Under the pieces are notes generated by a model. That model was not told the DNA's origin, did not search any database, and saw nothing but the letters and a program-made list of their open reading frames with translations. Source: Laetmonice hystrix (lineage: Eukaryota). Taken from it: a DNA stretch of 64,000 nt. Below, piece after piece: positions 51,401 through 64,000 of the stretch; the stretch's first letter is position 1; every line of letters begins with the position of its first letter. The stretch covers positions 18,416,001-18,480,000 of the forward strand of contig OZ249436.1 in the NCBI GenBank assembly GCA_965235115.1. The letters are read 5' to 3'. A program made the translations under genes and the position numbers.

Positions 51401-54400
51401 TTTGAATCGGGCACCACATCACAGTCTCACTTCCGCCTATTCTTTACCATTGCCCCCGATGACGTCATCAGGGGAACTGGTCTTCAAAACGGCTTACACA
51501 CAGTTCACGTGCTTGTACAATAACTGCTCCTTTAAGTTTAACAACAATTAGACGTATCATCAAGATCTGGCCCTAAATTTCATGTTAATTTTGATGTCTG
51601 TTGGACATCAAAGAATAGCATCCTAAATTGGCTGAAATTATGGCACTATGTGAAAGCAGATTCAAAAAATATGTGAGAAAGTAGTTCCGATTCTACCAGG
51701 GGCCTGTTGCACTAATGGTGACATCCCCGCGACATTCCCGATTTGGGGACATCCCCACTCAAAGTGTGCCACTAACATGTCCCTCCCTGGGGACATCCCC
51801 AATTCAGGCAATGTTCATTTCAAGGACATTTTAGTGAAACGGGATGTCTCTGAATCGTGAATGCCTCCACTTTTGGATGTCCACGCTTAGTGAAACAGGC
51901 CAGGAGTCGTTCATTGGCGCCAGTGTTGGCTTACCTTTGTCTGTGAGAGTTTCTGTAGCTCGTCCAGGTGTGTGACACAGACTTGGTGGATAGTGGCCAG
52001 TGACCGGGCCAGGTCTGCAGCCGGGCAATCTGTCATTGTTGTCACCTCAGGCACATTCTGTCAAACCACCAAACACTTACCATCAAACAAATTAAAATGT
52101 ACTGGCTCCTTTTCTTATCGATTTTGGCCCAAAGTGGCTAAGAAAATTTTGTAATTTGAGGTGACAGAAGGTGAGCACTCACGGAAAATTCATCCAAGAA
52201 CTTTACCATCCGCTGTTTATTATCTCGGATGAAAGGATTGATAAATTCCATGGAGGGTTCCTGCGGGGCAAAACAATGTAAACCAACATTTAGATAGCAA
52301 AAAAATCTACATTATATACAATATTACAAAACAAGACCTCGTCATAGTCACAGCAATTATCTGTGGGTCTAGGAAGTATGCGCACTTTGTATTTTTCAGA
52401 TACAGTCCAGGTGAGAACGTCCCTGAAAGATGAGTCACAAAGAAACTGTCTTCATCCATCATTAATTTTGTGCTTATCTTGAAGTATTTTCGAGATATGA
52501 ATTGTCGAAAATGTCCCTGACTTTGAATTGATTGACCTCACAAGGTCACTCAATGTAAACGGAAATACACATGTAGTGACAAATGAAACTTAAGGTGGCT
52601 GCCTGGTTAAGAATGAAAGTCATGAAAAATCCACCAAACCGACTTTCCAAGATAGAAAAAGTGGTGTAGATTTCAAATGTCAAAGGAAAAATGGGGGTCT
52701 CAAACTACTTTTTGAGATAAACGCCTTGGAATGTTTTTTATGGCTGAGAAATTGGGAAAAATCATTTTTTCTGGGATACAATATGGATAGAAGTCAAACG
52801 CCACACTTTCAAAAAGCATACTAAGGACCCTGGTGCACACATTTATAGCACGATAAAACATATTTGTAAAGCAAAAAGGGGGAGAGGGAATGTAAGATGA
52901 ACAATTTTTTTAAATAATTTTTTTCAAGTTTTTTGTAAAGAAAAAGAGAAAAAGTCATGAAAAATCCACAAAACTGACTTTTCTAGATAGAAAAAGAATC
53001 ACTGAATCCAATTCTATAATAAAAATATGACCAAGGGTCCTGTAGCTTACCAGAAAATGGTATAGTTAATAAACTAAAAGGCACACATATTATTTATCTT
53101 GGTTTGTCGAGGGGCACAGCCCATCCAGCGGGATACCCCTTGAACTCAGCACAGACTAAAACGAATATTAATATTAATAGGACCTGACATAGAACTTTAT
53201 AGACTATGCCATAGTAGGGCCAGGAATCCCGTCTCCCTCGCTAGGTGTCCATCGGTCGATGAGAGAGACTGACTAGTTCCCTGCCGAGAGGAGAGATTCC
53301 CGCGACATATCAGGTGGAAGGGGGCTGCGCGGTCACCGCGCAGCCGCAGAAGAAGAATTTCTGACCATTGGCTAAAAGACTAGCAATAAATCTCATTACG
53401 TTATTAAGTTATGAGGTAAGGGAGCGTATGACCTTAATGGATTGTAAAACATGCTGGCGACCTCGGAACCGAGAGTAGACTCTAGGTCAGATATCACCGG
53501 AGATGTGATAGAAACTGTCACAGATTTGAAAAATACCAATTATTGCAGCTCATTTCGGATTTACTCTCACTCGGATATAGAAACCTGAAGAAACCTGTGG
53601 GAACGTTTGCAGGCGGGTTGACAAGAGGGGAGCCTGGCCCTGTCTGTTGTTGTTGTTTCACTAAAGTGACCGTCACCTTGGCCGGGTCAAGGGAAGTAGG
53701 CCATAATAACCTAGAAACATGCAGCGCACAGCGCCATCTCCCGCAAAAACGGCTGCTGCTCAAGGCTAATAATGCTCAGGGTTACTGCTAGGAAAATGCA
53801 TACAGCCAAACTTTAATGTCATTATCCCTCAAATTTTTATACAAGAAAACATTAAATGAATATCGGCAGGTAGATATATTGAGCTGCACGGTGTTAAAAA
53901 AACGGTCTGGGAGTAGATATTCTTCAATGTTACTATGATTTTGGAAAATTTTTAGAGAACTCTCATCCCTGAATACCTTTAATCCTTTTGGATGGTGAAA
54001 ACATATAAATTATGTCAAGAACTGGTTCTCAGCCGAGAACTTCACAGTACTGTTGTCACAAACCTTTGCTTCTGCCAAATTTGCAAGTTTGATGAGCGAA
54101 TTGGCCACCAGTTTGAGCGTCCGTACTGCCATCTGGGATGGCGCCTCTGCAAAGTTACAGTTAAACATGGCCCAACTAAAGTTAGCACAAGTTGACCCCT
54201 AACTATCCTAGAGCAGGGTTTCATACACCGCAGATCACAAAAAAAACCCCAGTCTATTCTATACTATTCCAGGCACCATGTTCATAAAATTCTAGGCTAT
54301 TCTGATGATTTTCTTATAATAAAATATTACGCTTTAAGCAATAAAATGTTTGCTAGTGTTCTTACTGAGTAATTTACACTTCACAGAAAACAGTTAATGT

Positions 54401-57400
54401 ACGAATCACTTAATCCACCAGAATAAATGTCCATATCATGTACTCGAACCTATATGAGAACATAAACTGGATGAAAAATAGGGCAGCCAGTGATATTTAA
54501 AGGGAAATGTGAGTGTTCAAAGCGCCCCCTAGTGAGTCATGTTGGTACCACTGGGGAAATGTGAGTACCGTATTCAAAGTGCCGCGTAGTGAGCTTTAAC
54601 AGAAAAATGTTTGGATTATTTATGCAGTCAAGTAGTTTGATTTAGAAATCAGTAGTATTTTTTAAACCATGAACCAAACTGTGTGCCAGAACCTGTCTAC
54701 TCCATTGAGTGCTATAGTTAAGACCCGTGTTTTACCAAGGCACTGACTGACTGTTTGGCATTTTTTTTAAACTATTAGTCCTGATCCACTTTATCTTGTC
54801 ACCGAGTTTCAGGAGAAAATCAGTGGTCGTTTTTTAACTATTAGTCAAAATGTCTGAAAAATCCCGTTTTTCCCAATGAAACCTATAGTAAAGACCCATT
54901 TTTTACGGAGGCCTGTATAAAAAAATCTAATTCAGTGACGTGATTTTTTTTTGTTTCTTTGTACTCCTAGGGATAAAGGCTATCCCCCATAAAAATATTC
55001 CAGTGGTTGATTCAAACACTCACATTTCCCTTTAAATAAGGAATTGGTAAACTTCCATGCTTATTTAGAAAATTATCACTGGTAAAATGCTTACCTGTTA
55101 TAAGATTAAACTGTTTAGGATTTAGAATGGCTAAACATAGCAATCGCAGAAAGATGAAACCACTGAAAACATAAGGAGGAAAGAAAATCCATATGAATGC
55201 ATACAGATATGGCATATCAACTCAAAAATGGTGTCTTGCATCTTGATTGGCAAATGCGTCACCATTTTTGTTGGGAGGGCGATCTAACAAAAAGTTTCCT
55301 TAATGATTTCAAACATTGGTACCCCTGATGCACTCACCAGTGAATAATCATCTACATTTCTAAACTGATGTGTATCAAGGACTCACAGATAAGGCTGACA
55401 ATGTTTCTTGGTTTTCCATTTGCAAAGATATATGGAATTTTAAACAAATTTACATCAATGTAAAATTCAGTTACAAAGACTACGAACAGTTCGGCAAAAA
55501 ATCACACACCTGACAACTCTAGTCTTCACTAAGGGGTCGTTCGGCCACTTGGTTTGCACTCTCTTTTGTAAGCACCCACAAATATATCGCAGCACCCTGT
55601 AAAGTAATATTTTTTCTGGATCTCAAATCTATTTTCAATAAAGACATCATAATAACTTCAAAAGAAATAAGAATTGTACAAAAAATTCAAATAAAATAGA
55701 AGCTCCATTTTCAGACTGATATTTATAAATATCTATTACCCTGTAAATTATTGCGTATGGTGCACACTCGTGTATAACACGCAGGGGATTTTTGGGGCCA
55801 AGACCCAGGAGGAAAAAAATTAGGCCCACTAATACCATCGTATTTAGCGGCTGAGACCCTAGGTGTGAACTGCTGCAGCCAGCTCCAGTCGTAGCGACAG
55901 TTAGCACGTCCAGCAGGTTCCCCACAGGTCACACATACAACGGTTGGTATTTACGGCAATAAAAGCCAAAGGGGGCTTGGCCACCTGTGGATGGAGCCAA
56001 CTGACCTCGTTTCTGACCCTGAAGATGAGAGCACTAATGAAGGGGCCTAGGTTTCAAGTTTATAACAAAGTATTTTAGAAATAAGCACTCAAAACACAAA
56101 CTAATGCCTTTATCAAATATATGCTCCTTGTATTTTTGGATACGTATTTCCAAGTGCTACTACAGCCAGTGACTCTCAAGCAAAAACCCTCCATTATTTT
56201 CAACTTTTGTCAGTCAAGATGTTCCAACCAGTGCAATCACCAATGGGTTTTGCTTAGACTCGTGTATAATACACACTGGATTTTCAGAGGCAAGTTTGGG
56301 GGCAAAAAGTGCACACTATACACGATAATTTACGGCTTATTGAAAATGTATAGCATGGTGATCTTTTTTTCACCCGGTCTTGATCCTCAAAATCTTGTTC
56401 ATCTGTCAACCACGAGAGGTTAAATTTGTTTTGTCCCAATCATAATTATCATAAAAATCTTTCCGAGAAAACGTTGAGGACAAAAGTAGAATGCTTGTCC
56501 GGGGTTCAGTCCACATTCGCCCGCCATCTCATGGATCCGCCAGGTGGCGCCCAATGTCGAGATATAGTTGTTGCCGAGGTTTACGTACATTGGACACGAT
56601 TCAGTAGATTGGAAGATCTGGTTGACTGTCTCGTTCAGTATACTGATGAGGTGCTTGGCATTCAGTTCAGCATCCATTGGGTTTTCCAAACAGGCAGGGT
56701 TCAACTGGAACATCCAAAAAGCATCCCTAATTTATATGTAAATACCTCAGTCAGGGGAAAATTATGCACAGTAATGCTAGCCTAGTTAGTACTACCCGAG
56801 AACTGTACCCGAGAACTGTGAATGAACAGATGCCACAGGCAATGGAACCTTGATGTTATACAAACGTATATCTGATGTTTGTTTAGAAAGTATGTTAACA
56901 CATATCTCAGTTCATCAAATTATATCAGTCTGGAAAATGAGCAATTTGATTAAGATAATGTTTTTTACTACTTCAGGCCTTGGATCACTGGTTGTGTATA
57001 ATTCATACCTATAGCCTTTAAAATCGAAACTAAGATGGCCTCTAGACACCTTCTAGCTCAAGTCTTTTAGGAGCCAAAGTTTTTTCGGGAGAGACTCGGT
57101 CTGGCCTACCTCACATGACTGTTTACTTTCCATTATCTTGTTGATGGTACCTTGCACGGCTGTTTGTACAAAGGCTGTTGCAGTCATCTTCATGTATTGG
57201 TCCATTAACGTGGTCGCCATTGTGGTCCCACGGAACAGTGTGGACGCAGACTCTAAATAACAGAATGCCCAAAAATCATCTCAAATTTCAAATGGAAGAA
57301 AAGAACTTAGCAGACACAGACACTTAAAGGGGCGAGCTCTGAGTTACTATTTTTAAACATAACACATACAAAGACATTACACCATAAAACCGGTCGGTAC

Positions 57401-60400
57401 ATAATTCCTTACACCTTAGGATGATATTTAATCATGCATAATTATCCAAGAAAAAGGTTCCAAAAATGTGTTTTTAAGTTTATATGGAATGTACCGGTAG
57501 TTTGGTTTCCAATTTGTTTTAGAGCAATTAGAAGGTCATTTCATAAATAAGATCCTTGATATGAAATACAGCGTTTGAATCTTTCAAACTTTGGAAAGGG
57601 TCCAATAGTGGCACATTATCTTTAATATCAAACATTATCCTAGGCCTAATTATTGAGATTTGTTTTGTCGGTATACAACCGATATATATGAGCATCAACA
57701 TGAAGATCGCGTAAAGTATTTTCAACAACAGGCTTCTCTAGAAATACTTTTTAATTTCAGAAACAATATTTGCAGGCTTCTGGAGATCAAAATCCCGCTC
57801 CCCATGGTGAAAATATGTAAAAGAAAGAAAGAAAAAAGTTAGGTAAATCTGAGTGAAATTTGACTGTTAGCTCCGACGCTCACTCAAGTTGAACGTGCCC
57901 CCGACCCCCTCCTCCTGAAGGGTGGCGGACGAAGGCAGGTGTGACATGCCGACAGTACTTGCAATCTCACTCTTTCAGGGCTCAATAACTTGGCATCTCT
58001 GAACACATTCCCAAACTTCTCACCCAGGATGAATTGTCGACACATGGACAACAGCTCTTCAACATTATTGAGCAGGTAGAGTCTATTTTTCCTTCTGTAG
58101 TAAGCAAGTTTTTTGCCTTTTAAGAATTACTGCATTAAAATAAAATTGGAAGAAATAGCAGCAAAAAAAAAAAAAATCCTGTCCATTCAGATTAAATGTA
58201 CTATGTAGTAGATGTTGAAATGAACCGATGCATAAATTGACAGTCTAGTGCAGTGGCAACTGTAAATGATTTAAATATTATTGTTGCATACTTTTTCAGG
58301 CCTGGATCAGCAAACCTGAGTGGGCACATGTTTCAGATGCTACCCATTCCTTGGCTTCAACAGTACACAAGTATGCTGCCTATCTTCAGAAGACAAACAC
58401 AGCAGTTAAAGAGAATCAGCGAAAGTCAGCTCCGGTGAGTGTAGCATGTCATGAATGCTGATCTTGTTCATAGAGTAAATAATGACTGATGATATATATT
58501 CCAGTAAATATTGCATCATTCAACAAAGGAATATAATATGATTGGTATAATATTAATGAAAATATAATTCAGTAAAGATGGGGCAGGGAGATCATCCGTG
58601 GGGGCACTTGGATTGGAAAGGCTAGGTGCCCGCAGGGCAGTCGGGTCAAAAAGTTAGTTTCGAGCCCTGCTTTGTCTCAAGATTCTCATCCCATTTGAAT
58701 CTGCATGACACAGACTTTGAGATTAAGATCAAGCAAGTGATGAAGCTACAGGTTTCCATCCTGCAGTTGGCAAAATAACAGTCTAGCAGCTGGCGTCTCA
58801 GATGAGTGAGCAGGAGATTGTGTGGGGGAAGAACTAAAAGCTAAAATACTAAGTAGTTATCGTACCACCACCTTCTTTGTCCATATCGATATCATTAAGG
58901 GTTCGCAGCAGGTGAGGCTCCTGCCGCTCGTTACGGAAGATCTGAAGCAACGATGTTGCCAAGGGAATACGATCGTTGCTACTTGTGCACACACTCGACA
59001 GCGCCAGCACCGTCTCCAAGTTTTTGGCCAAAAGTAACTTAAAAGGAGAACAACAAATGGAAGGAGTGACCTATGTGAAACATATTGAATCTTTACTTTT
59101 TGCAAAACATCAGTTCTCATTTCAGAATATACCCAGAATAAATTTCAGAAAATGCACTGGTTATCAATACAGCCCAATTTGCACTTTTCTTACCCTTTTA
59201 GGTCAACAAAGAAAGATCAATCAAGAGAGCTTATGGAGGGGTACCTCTTTTAAGCTTGTGTATTCCTTAAGCGGCATGATGACCTCATGCAGGAACCTGG
59301 CCTTGATCCTCATTGACCCAACGTCGCCCTTGTTGGTCAGGTTGACAGCCTGCAGAATGTGCCAGTCGTCTGTGGTCTGACCTGGCTGCAGGTCACTAAG
59401 ATTGACCTGTGTGTTAGCTGAAATGGTAAACACTTTAAACTTAACCTCTCATGGAAATCAACTGCAAAATCCACAGTTTGAGACTTTTCATCACACCCTG
59501 CTGACGGTATTCTGCACTAACTGCTCAGTTGTAGTAATCTACATACAAGAACAATAAGTAAGAGTTGAGTAAGAGTTCTGGGGACTGCTGCGTAAGTTTA
59601 ATTCAGTATTTTTGAGAATCATCGAGGTGCTGGCTCAGATGTGGTCAGTTTTTGGCGAAGACGGCCACGCCCCCTCCATGAAATACTCACCACTGATTGG
59701 TCATAAAATTCGGTCAAGGTGTATCTGGTCAGTAAAGGCGACTGATACGGGATTTCAAATATCCGTATCACACGCCTCCCTAACCAATCAATGAGCTTCG
59801 TTTAGAACTGTGCTCATACAGATTCCGTATCAGCACAGTAGCTTCAGCCAATCAGATTACTCTGTTCACCCCAATGGCGTAATAAAATCTAAACATTCTA
59901 TTTAATTTAGCCCATGCCGTCCTTAATCACATCGACTCAATTTAGCCCTGGTCTGGTAGTCTCGTCCCTGTTTAAATAGGCCACACCTTCCTCAATTGGG
60001 TGGTACAAATGCTCAGTGTTTATTGGCTGAAAAATTCGGCTAAACTATAACCTGGGTCAGTAAAGGCAACTGATACAGGTTTTAGAATATTTTTATTGTA
60101 AGCCTTTGACGACTTGCTCAGCCAATCTACTTGCCTAAACCAAAGTATACTGATACAGATTTTGTATCAGTAAAGTAGATCAACCAATCAGAATTGGCCA
60201 TTTGGTGAAATAGGGTAACAAACATATTTATCTTTAAGGGAATTTCAAAGACACAATGCATTTTTTTATGATGAACAAACAGAAGCAATTTAAATATGTT
60301 GTATATGAACACATTTCTGGTATACACTGTAGTTTGTTTTACTTACCTATTTCTGTGTCTTTTTTCTGTGTACGTTTTCCTTTGTTGTATATTGAAATTG

Positions 60401-62916
60401 TATAGGATTCAATATCGGGTGGAATGTCACTGCAAAATGATACGTATGCCATATCAGGAAAAGACTGCTGTTACATGTGTCGATATCTTACTTTTTACAT
60501 GACAAAAGTTGAAACACTATTTCAGTCTAATGTATGAATAGACGGCATGAGTATGATCACATTGAGCCGCATTTGCTGCTCTTACATAAGCTTTCAGCAA
60601 CACAAAATCCAATTAGGGAAAAATGTTAAAAAAGATTAAGCAAGTACAATTCAATGAAAGATTATTATTGTAATAAATACTCAAGCAGGAATTCCTCATC
60701 CCAGCACAGGTCTGGAGCCTCCTTGACTTGCGTTCGACACATCTTTACTTCATTCAATGAAACGATACAGTAACGCTGACCAACTTGCTTCACTGACAGG
60801 TTCCGAGCATCAAAAATGGTTATGTATAGGCTCCGTAGTTCAGTGATTGTGGGGAACATCAACTTGGGGATCTTTTTAGGTTGCGTATTTGTACAATATG
60901 GCTTCAACGCCATCGTCCAATTCTGAAAAAGAAGTAGGAAACACCACGTATTTTGAAGCACTCTGACTTTCCACAGAGATTTTTCCTATCAGGGTGACTG
61001 ATGACTTATTGTCTTTCTACCTTTCAATCTGTGCACTGGGGCAATAATTACAAACTTCAGCACGCACCTTGATATCATGCTAAAAAAATAAATATGCCGA
61101 AATGGAAAGGGGTAGAGATAAGGGGCAGAAAGAGTACCTGTTGGATCTTTTGTACCCGTATTTTGGGGTAGGGCGTATTTTGGGGTCGGTCATATCTCTG
61201 GCAGTTTTTAACATCTTAATGAAACCTGTTTTGCTTAAAGAGGGTGGAATAATAAGCCAAATATATGAAAATTTTCTCCTCTGACGTCACTGTTTCGTGT
61301 CATGACGTCATCCACCTAGTCTAGATAGGACTTTAGTACCTCCATCGGTGTGAGTCTCAATAGCTGAGTGGGTAACATACGAGACTGATAGGAAATCACG
61401 GGTTTGAATCCCACTAAGGCCAGGTATTTTTATCTGATATTTCGTATTGTAAATGGTCAAAATGCCAATTTTGATGGTTAAAAAGCCTATTGAGCTATAT
61501 ATATTTTCAATTTGATGGTGTGTCGTATGACCTAAGGCCAGTTAAAATTAATTTCTTGTTTTACATGACTCATTTTTGAAAATATTTGGGGGCAGGGTAT
61601 TTTATATTTTATATTTTGTTCGCGTGAAATATTGGGGAGCAGGACGGTATTTTATATTTTTTTGCCTGAAATAAGGGCGGACAAGGTTGGGTAGAATGAA
61701 CCTAAAACTTTTATTCAGGCCTTCCACAGAAAGATATCTTCGTATCTGAATATGCAAGATTAATCAATCTGTCTTGCATGTTCAGTGTTGCCAGAGCATG
61801 AGGAACTGGCTTGGGCTTATATTATAATAGATGGAAGGTGCATGGTGCACGCTTGTTTTGGGATAAAAAAAAGTGGCTTTTAAAAAAATATAAAATATAA
61901 AAAAAATCGAGGCAGTGCAGAAAATCGAGGCGGGCAGTCATGTAACGCAAGAAATAAAATTTTAACTGGCCTTTCAGTTTTCAACAGATCTTACTGAAAC
62001 TAATTGTGCTTAAAGTGGGTGCGATGTTGAGCCAAATTTATGAAAATGTTCTCCTCTGACATCCATGTTTTGTGTTATGACGTAATCCACCTATTTGAAA
62101 TAGGGAACTTATAAGGAGCTTAATACCGACATAACTGTGAGTCTCAATAGCTGAGTTGGTATAATATACCTGACTGATCGGCTGGAGAATCCTAATAAGT
62201 GCAGGTATTTTTGTGTGATATTGCCGAGAGTAAACGTCAAAATGCAACTCATATTTTGAGGCTCAGTGTCCCTATTGAGCGCATTTTTTTTAATGTGACG
62301 GTCAGTCATGTGACCTAAAAGTGCGGCTGTATGGCCTTTTACCAGAGGTTGATGGCTGCAGAGTGGCCATTTAAATGATATCAAAACATATGAAAAATAT
62401 ATAATATATGAAAATGATCGGACCACACATTTTTGAGATATCGCTGTCCACGTACGTACGTACATACAGATGGACGGACGGATGGTAATTTAGAAGCCCC
62501 CCCCCCCCCGGTTGGGGGCTAAAATCCAACACTTTTTAACGTCACTTTTGTTCACTAACCAACATCCTTAAGTGCATATTTGGCACTTTTCTAAAACTTT
62601 TAAACCACAGCCGCACCCTGCGCATTTTAAATTTGTGCTCTCCAAAATAAACTTTATAACATTCTATAAAATTTTCATATTCTTAGGGCATGTTCGTGGA
62701 GCCAAACAGCCCAACGACAGATCCATTTTCAGGAACTCCTTATTTAGCCTATAAAATACCATTGACATAAAACACCTTGTGACCCTTGTTCCCTCTGTTT
62801 TATCCCCCGTTCAAAACACTTGCAGGCTTACCTGAGCAAGATCAGAGTTGTCTGCACAGATGTAATACACGGACACGTGATTCAAGGCACGAAGCACCAA
62901 TTGGAAGCAGTTAGGC
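45414..62916 (-). CDS. RASA1: Ras GTPase-activating protein 1 (p120 RasGAP / vap-like), 3' 13 coding exons; 5' part lies beyond the window
   Basis: All 13 exons have GT-AG boundaries and compatible phases. The translation follows the RASA1 PH end, C2 and RasGAP domains to the stop codon. Confidence 0.92.
45730..46544. mobile_element. Kolobok-like non-autonomous element, TTAA TSD
   Basis: TTAA|AGATAAACCGGCG ... CGCCGGTTTATCT|TTAA, with long imperfect subterminal inverted repeats and an internal inverted repeat at 45898-46110. Confidence 0.75.
47024..48625. mobile_element. DNA transposon with ~570-bp TIRs and 4-bp TSD ATAT (Sola-like)
   Basis: ATAT|GGGTCAATCCAGGTCAA ... TTGACCTGGAATGACCC|ATAT. 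Internal KPGQKLCPRC remnant. An uninterrupted copy of the host repeat lies at ~53033-53180. Confidence 0.75.
49080..50667. mobile_element. Harbinger-like relic (one end visible)
   Basis: Ends TGTGTGGCCAGGC|TTA with internal CTGGCCACAC repeats. Shares GACGTCAT...CCCGAGGGAATCCC with ~21500. Confidence 0.4.
51701..51901. mobile_element. Harbinger-like MITE, 3-bp TSD AGG
   Basis: GGCCTGTTGCACTAA / TTAGTGAAACAGGCC, with internal GACATCCC repeats. Confidence 0.7.
51935..52057 (-). CDS. RASA1: RASA1-like exon
   Basis: NVPEVTTMTDCPAADLARSLATIHQVCVTHLDELQKLSQTK|gtaag. Confidence 0.9.
52183..52260 (-). CDS. RASA1: RASA1-like exon
   Basis: EPSMEFINPFIRDNKQRMVKFLDEFS|gtgag. Confidence 0.9.
54064..54146 (-). 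CDS. RASA1: RASA1-like exon (RasGAP domain)
   Basis: (E)APSQMAVRTLKLVANSLIKLANLAEAK|gtttg. Confidence 0.88.
54501..55031. mobile_element. Kolobok-like MITE, TTAA TSD, in a RASA1 intron
   Basis: TTAA|AGGGAAATGTGAGTGTT ... AACACTCACATTTCCCT|TTAA. Confidence 0.8.
55095..55162 (-). CDS. RASA1: RASA1-like exon (FLR motif)
   Basis: (S)GFIFLRLLCLAILNPKQFNLIT|gtaag. Confidence 0.92.
55510..55596 (-). CDS. RASA1: RASA1-like exon
   Basis: (M)VLRYICGCLQKRVQTKWPNDPLVKTRVV(S). Confidence 0.92.
56589..56704 (-). CDS. RASA1: RASA1-like exon
   Basis: LNPACLENPMDAELNAKHLISILNETVNQIFQSTESCP. Confidence 0.9.
57110..57252 (-). CDS. RASA1: RASA1-like exon (arginine finger)
   Basis: (E)SASTLFRGTTMATTLMDQYMKMTATAFVQTAVQGTINKIMESKQSCE; Arg codon at 57230-57232. 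Confidence 0.93.
58872..59037 (-). CDS. RASA1: RASA1-like exon
   Basis: LLLAKNLETVLALSSVCTSSNDRIPLATSLLQIFRNERQEPHLLRTLNDIDMDKE. Confidence 0.9.
59245..59417 (-). CDS. RASA1: RASA1-like exon (C2 end)
   Basis: (A)NTQVNLSDLQPGQTTDDWHILQAVNLTNKGDVGSMRIKARFLHEVIMPLKEYTSLKE. Confidence 0.92.
60347..60429 (-). CDS. RASA1: RASA1-like exon (C2)
   Basis: (D)DIPPDIESYTISIYNKGKRTQKKDTEI|gtaag. Confidence 0.9.
60681..60922 (-). CDS. RASA1: RASA1-like exon (PH end / C2 start)
   Basis: NWTMALKPYC...LRSLYITIFDARNL...YCIVSLNEVKMCRTQVKEAPDLCWDEEFLL. Confidence 0.92.
61185..62215 (+). mobile_element. Two old, diverged copies of the family B internal module (~61185-61430, ~61975-62215), with a TIR element between them (~61535-61972)
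   Basis: TCGGTCATATCTCTGGCAGTTTTTAACA..., TGACGTCATCCACCTA, GTGAGTCTCAATAGCTGAGT. TIR GGCCAGTTAAAATT / AATTTTAACTGGCC. Confidence 0.75.
62832..62916 (-). CDS. RASA1: RASA1-like exon (PH domain)
   Basis: PNCFQLVLRALNHVSVYYICADNSDLAQ|gtaag. Confidence 0.9.
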
Positions 62917-64000
62917 CTGAAAACATGCAGTGGTATAATGGCCTGCAAACATCTCTCTTAGTTTATTTGAACATCTGGACTTCTCGTTATCATAGATCAT
63001 TAAAGTTAATCCCTTATGAAGAGGGCTACTTTATTGATAGTGTATCCTTATGACATGATAATACATGTCCCCTTAGCTTAAATCTCTCAATGTGCACACT
63101 TTTCAATAAAAATTTTCAATAAACATACAGAGCTGTCAAATATCTGTCAATTGACCCCGTTATTGACCTTTGATCTCGTGACATGACGAAAGGGAAAGAG
63201 GCGAGCCAGTAACAGAGCACAGCAACAATGGTATCGGTAAGTGATGTTGGACTGGATGTTGGATGATGTGTTTTGTGATTTGAACCTTTAAATGTTATGA
63301 GCGGCTGTTTTCGAGCTGTGACCGATTTCGATATGCACCGAGTAGGCAGCCTATTTGGCCTTACTCTTAGGCTTAGCTTAGCGCTGCTGTCAAATGTTCG
63401 GGTTTTTAGCCCCACCTTGGCAAAGAATGAACAGAAATTTCATCCTCGGGTGCACTAAAACAACTGGACGACATGCGTATTCACCATTTCGCCTTTTTCT
63501 CTCACACTTTCTTTGGTAATAATACCACCACGACCATCAAGCTGGGAAACTCTCATAGGCCCTATGCTTTGACACCCGGTGGGCCGTCCCTTTCGCGACG
63601 TCACGAGTGATTATAGGTAGAATGGCCTGAAGTTTCTAAGTCAGTTAAGTATGTCATTTTCGCACTTTTCGGTAGGCAATAAATTTTAACAATGGTAAGT
63701 TAATATCTTTAAAACGCACAGAGAGGTGTCTTATAACATGATATAGGCTTCCCCGTTACCACAAAGGTATATACACTTTAGTATATCAGAGTCACATAAT
63801 AATATTATGTGACTCTGATATATTATATTATAGTGCTTCGAAGAATTTTCAACAAGGACCTAGATCCATAATTTCCTTAAAAATCAGTATGGTTGTGTAG
63901 AGAGGCCCCCTGTGTAAAAGATAAATTGTCAGATACACATCAAAAATAAAAGCGATGCCAAATCAACTGTACAGCATGACCATATTAGTCATGGTTACAG

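Noticed and set aside
52079..52137. Extra minus-strand exon with a GTAAGT donor
   Set aside because: It would leave an intron of only ~20 nt before the next exon and has no RASA1 similarity.

Overview
Eukaryotic, intron-rich and transposon-dense DNA, most likely from a non-vertebrate bilaterian. There is no prokaryotic signature. (1) Bases 120-17821 are a stack of non-autonomous Helitron/Helentron-like elements from three families (called A, B, C here), sitting inside a degenerate (TTA)n tract. Each element has a 5' hairpin 'head' (ATCCC...GGGAT), a matching 3' subterminal inverted repeat, a small 3' hairpin and a CTAG end. Families A and B carry their own (TTA)n tract just behind the head. 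Read as brackets, 10 heads and 10 bodies nest and close exactly, which suggests elements repeatedly inserting into a landing pad carried by earlier copies. (2) Bases ~18-45 kb are mostly transposon relics: an env/fusion-protein-like pseudogene, non-LTR fragments, Harbinger/hAT/TcMar/MULE-like MITEs, foldback elements, and a fourth Helitron-like family (D) nested in a MITE nested in a LINE. (3) Bases 45414-62916 on the minus strand carry 13 coding exons of a RASA1/p120-RasGAP homologue (PH end, C2, RasGAP). The arginine finger is intact, but several normally conserved Ras-contact motif residues are substituted. All calls were made by eye; family assignments need database confirmation.
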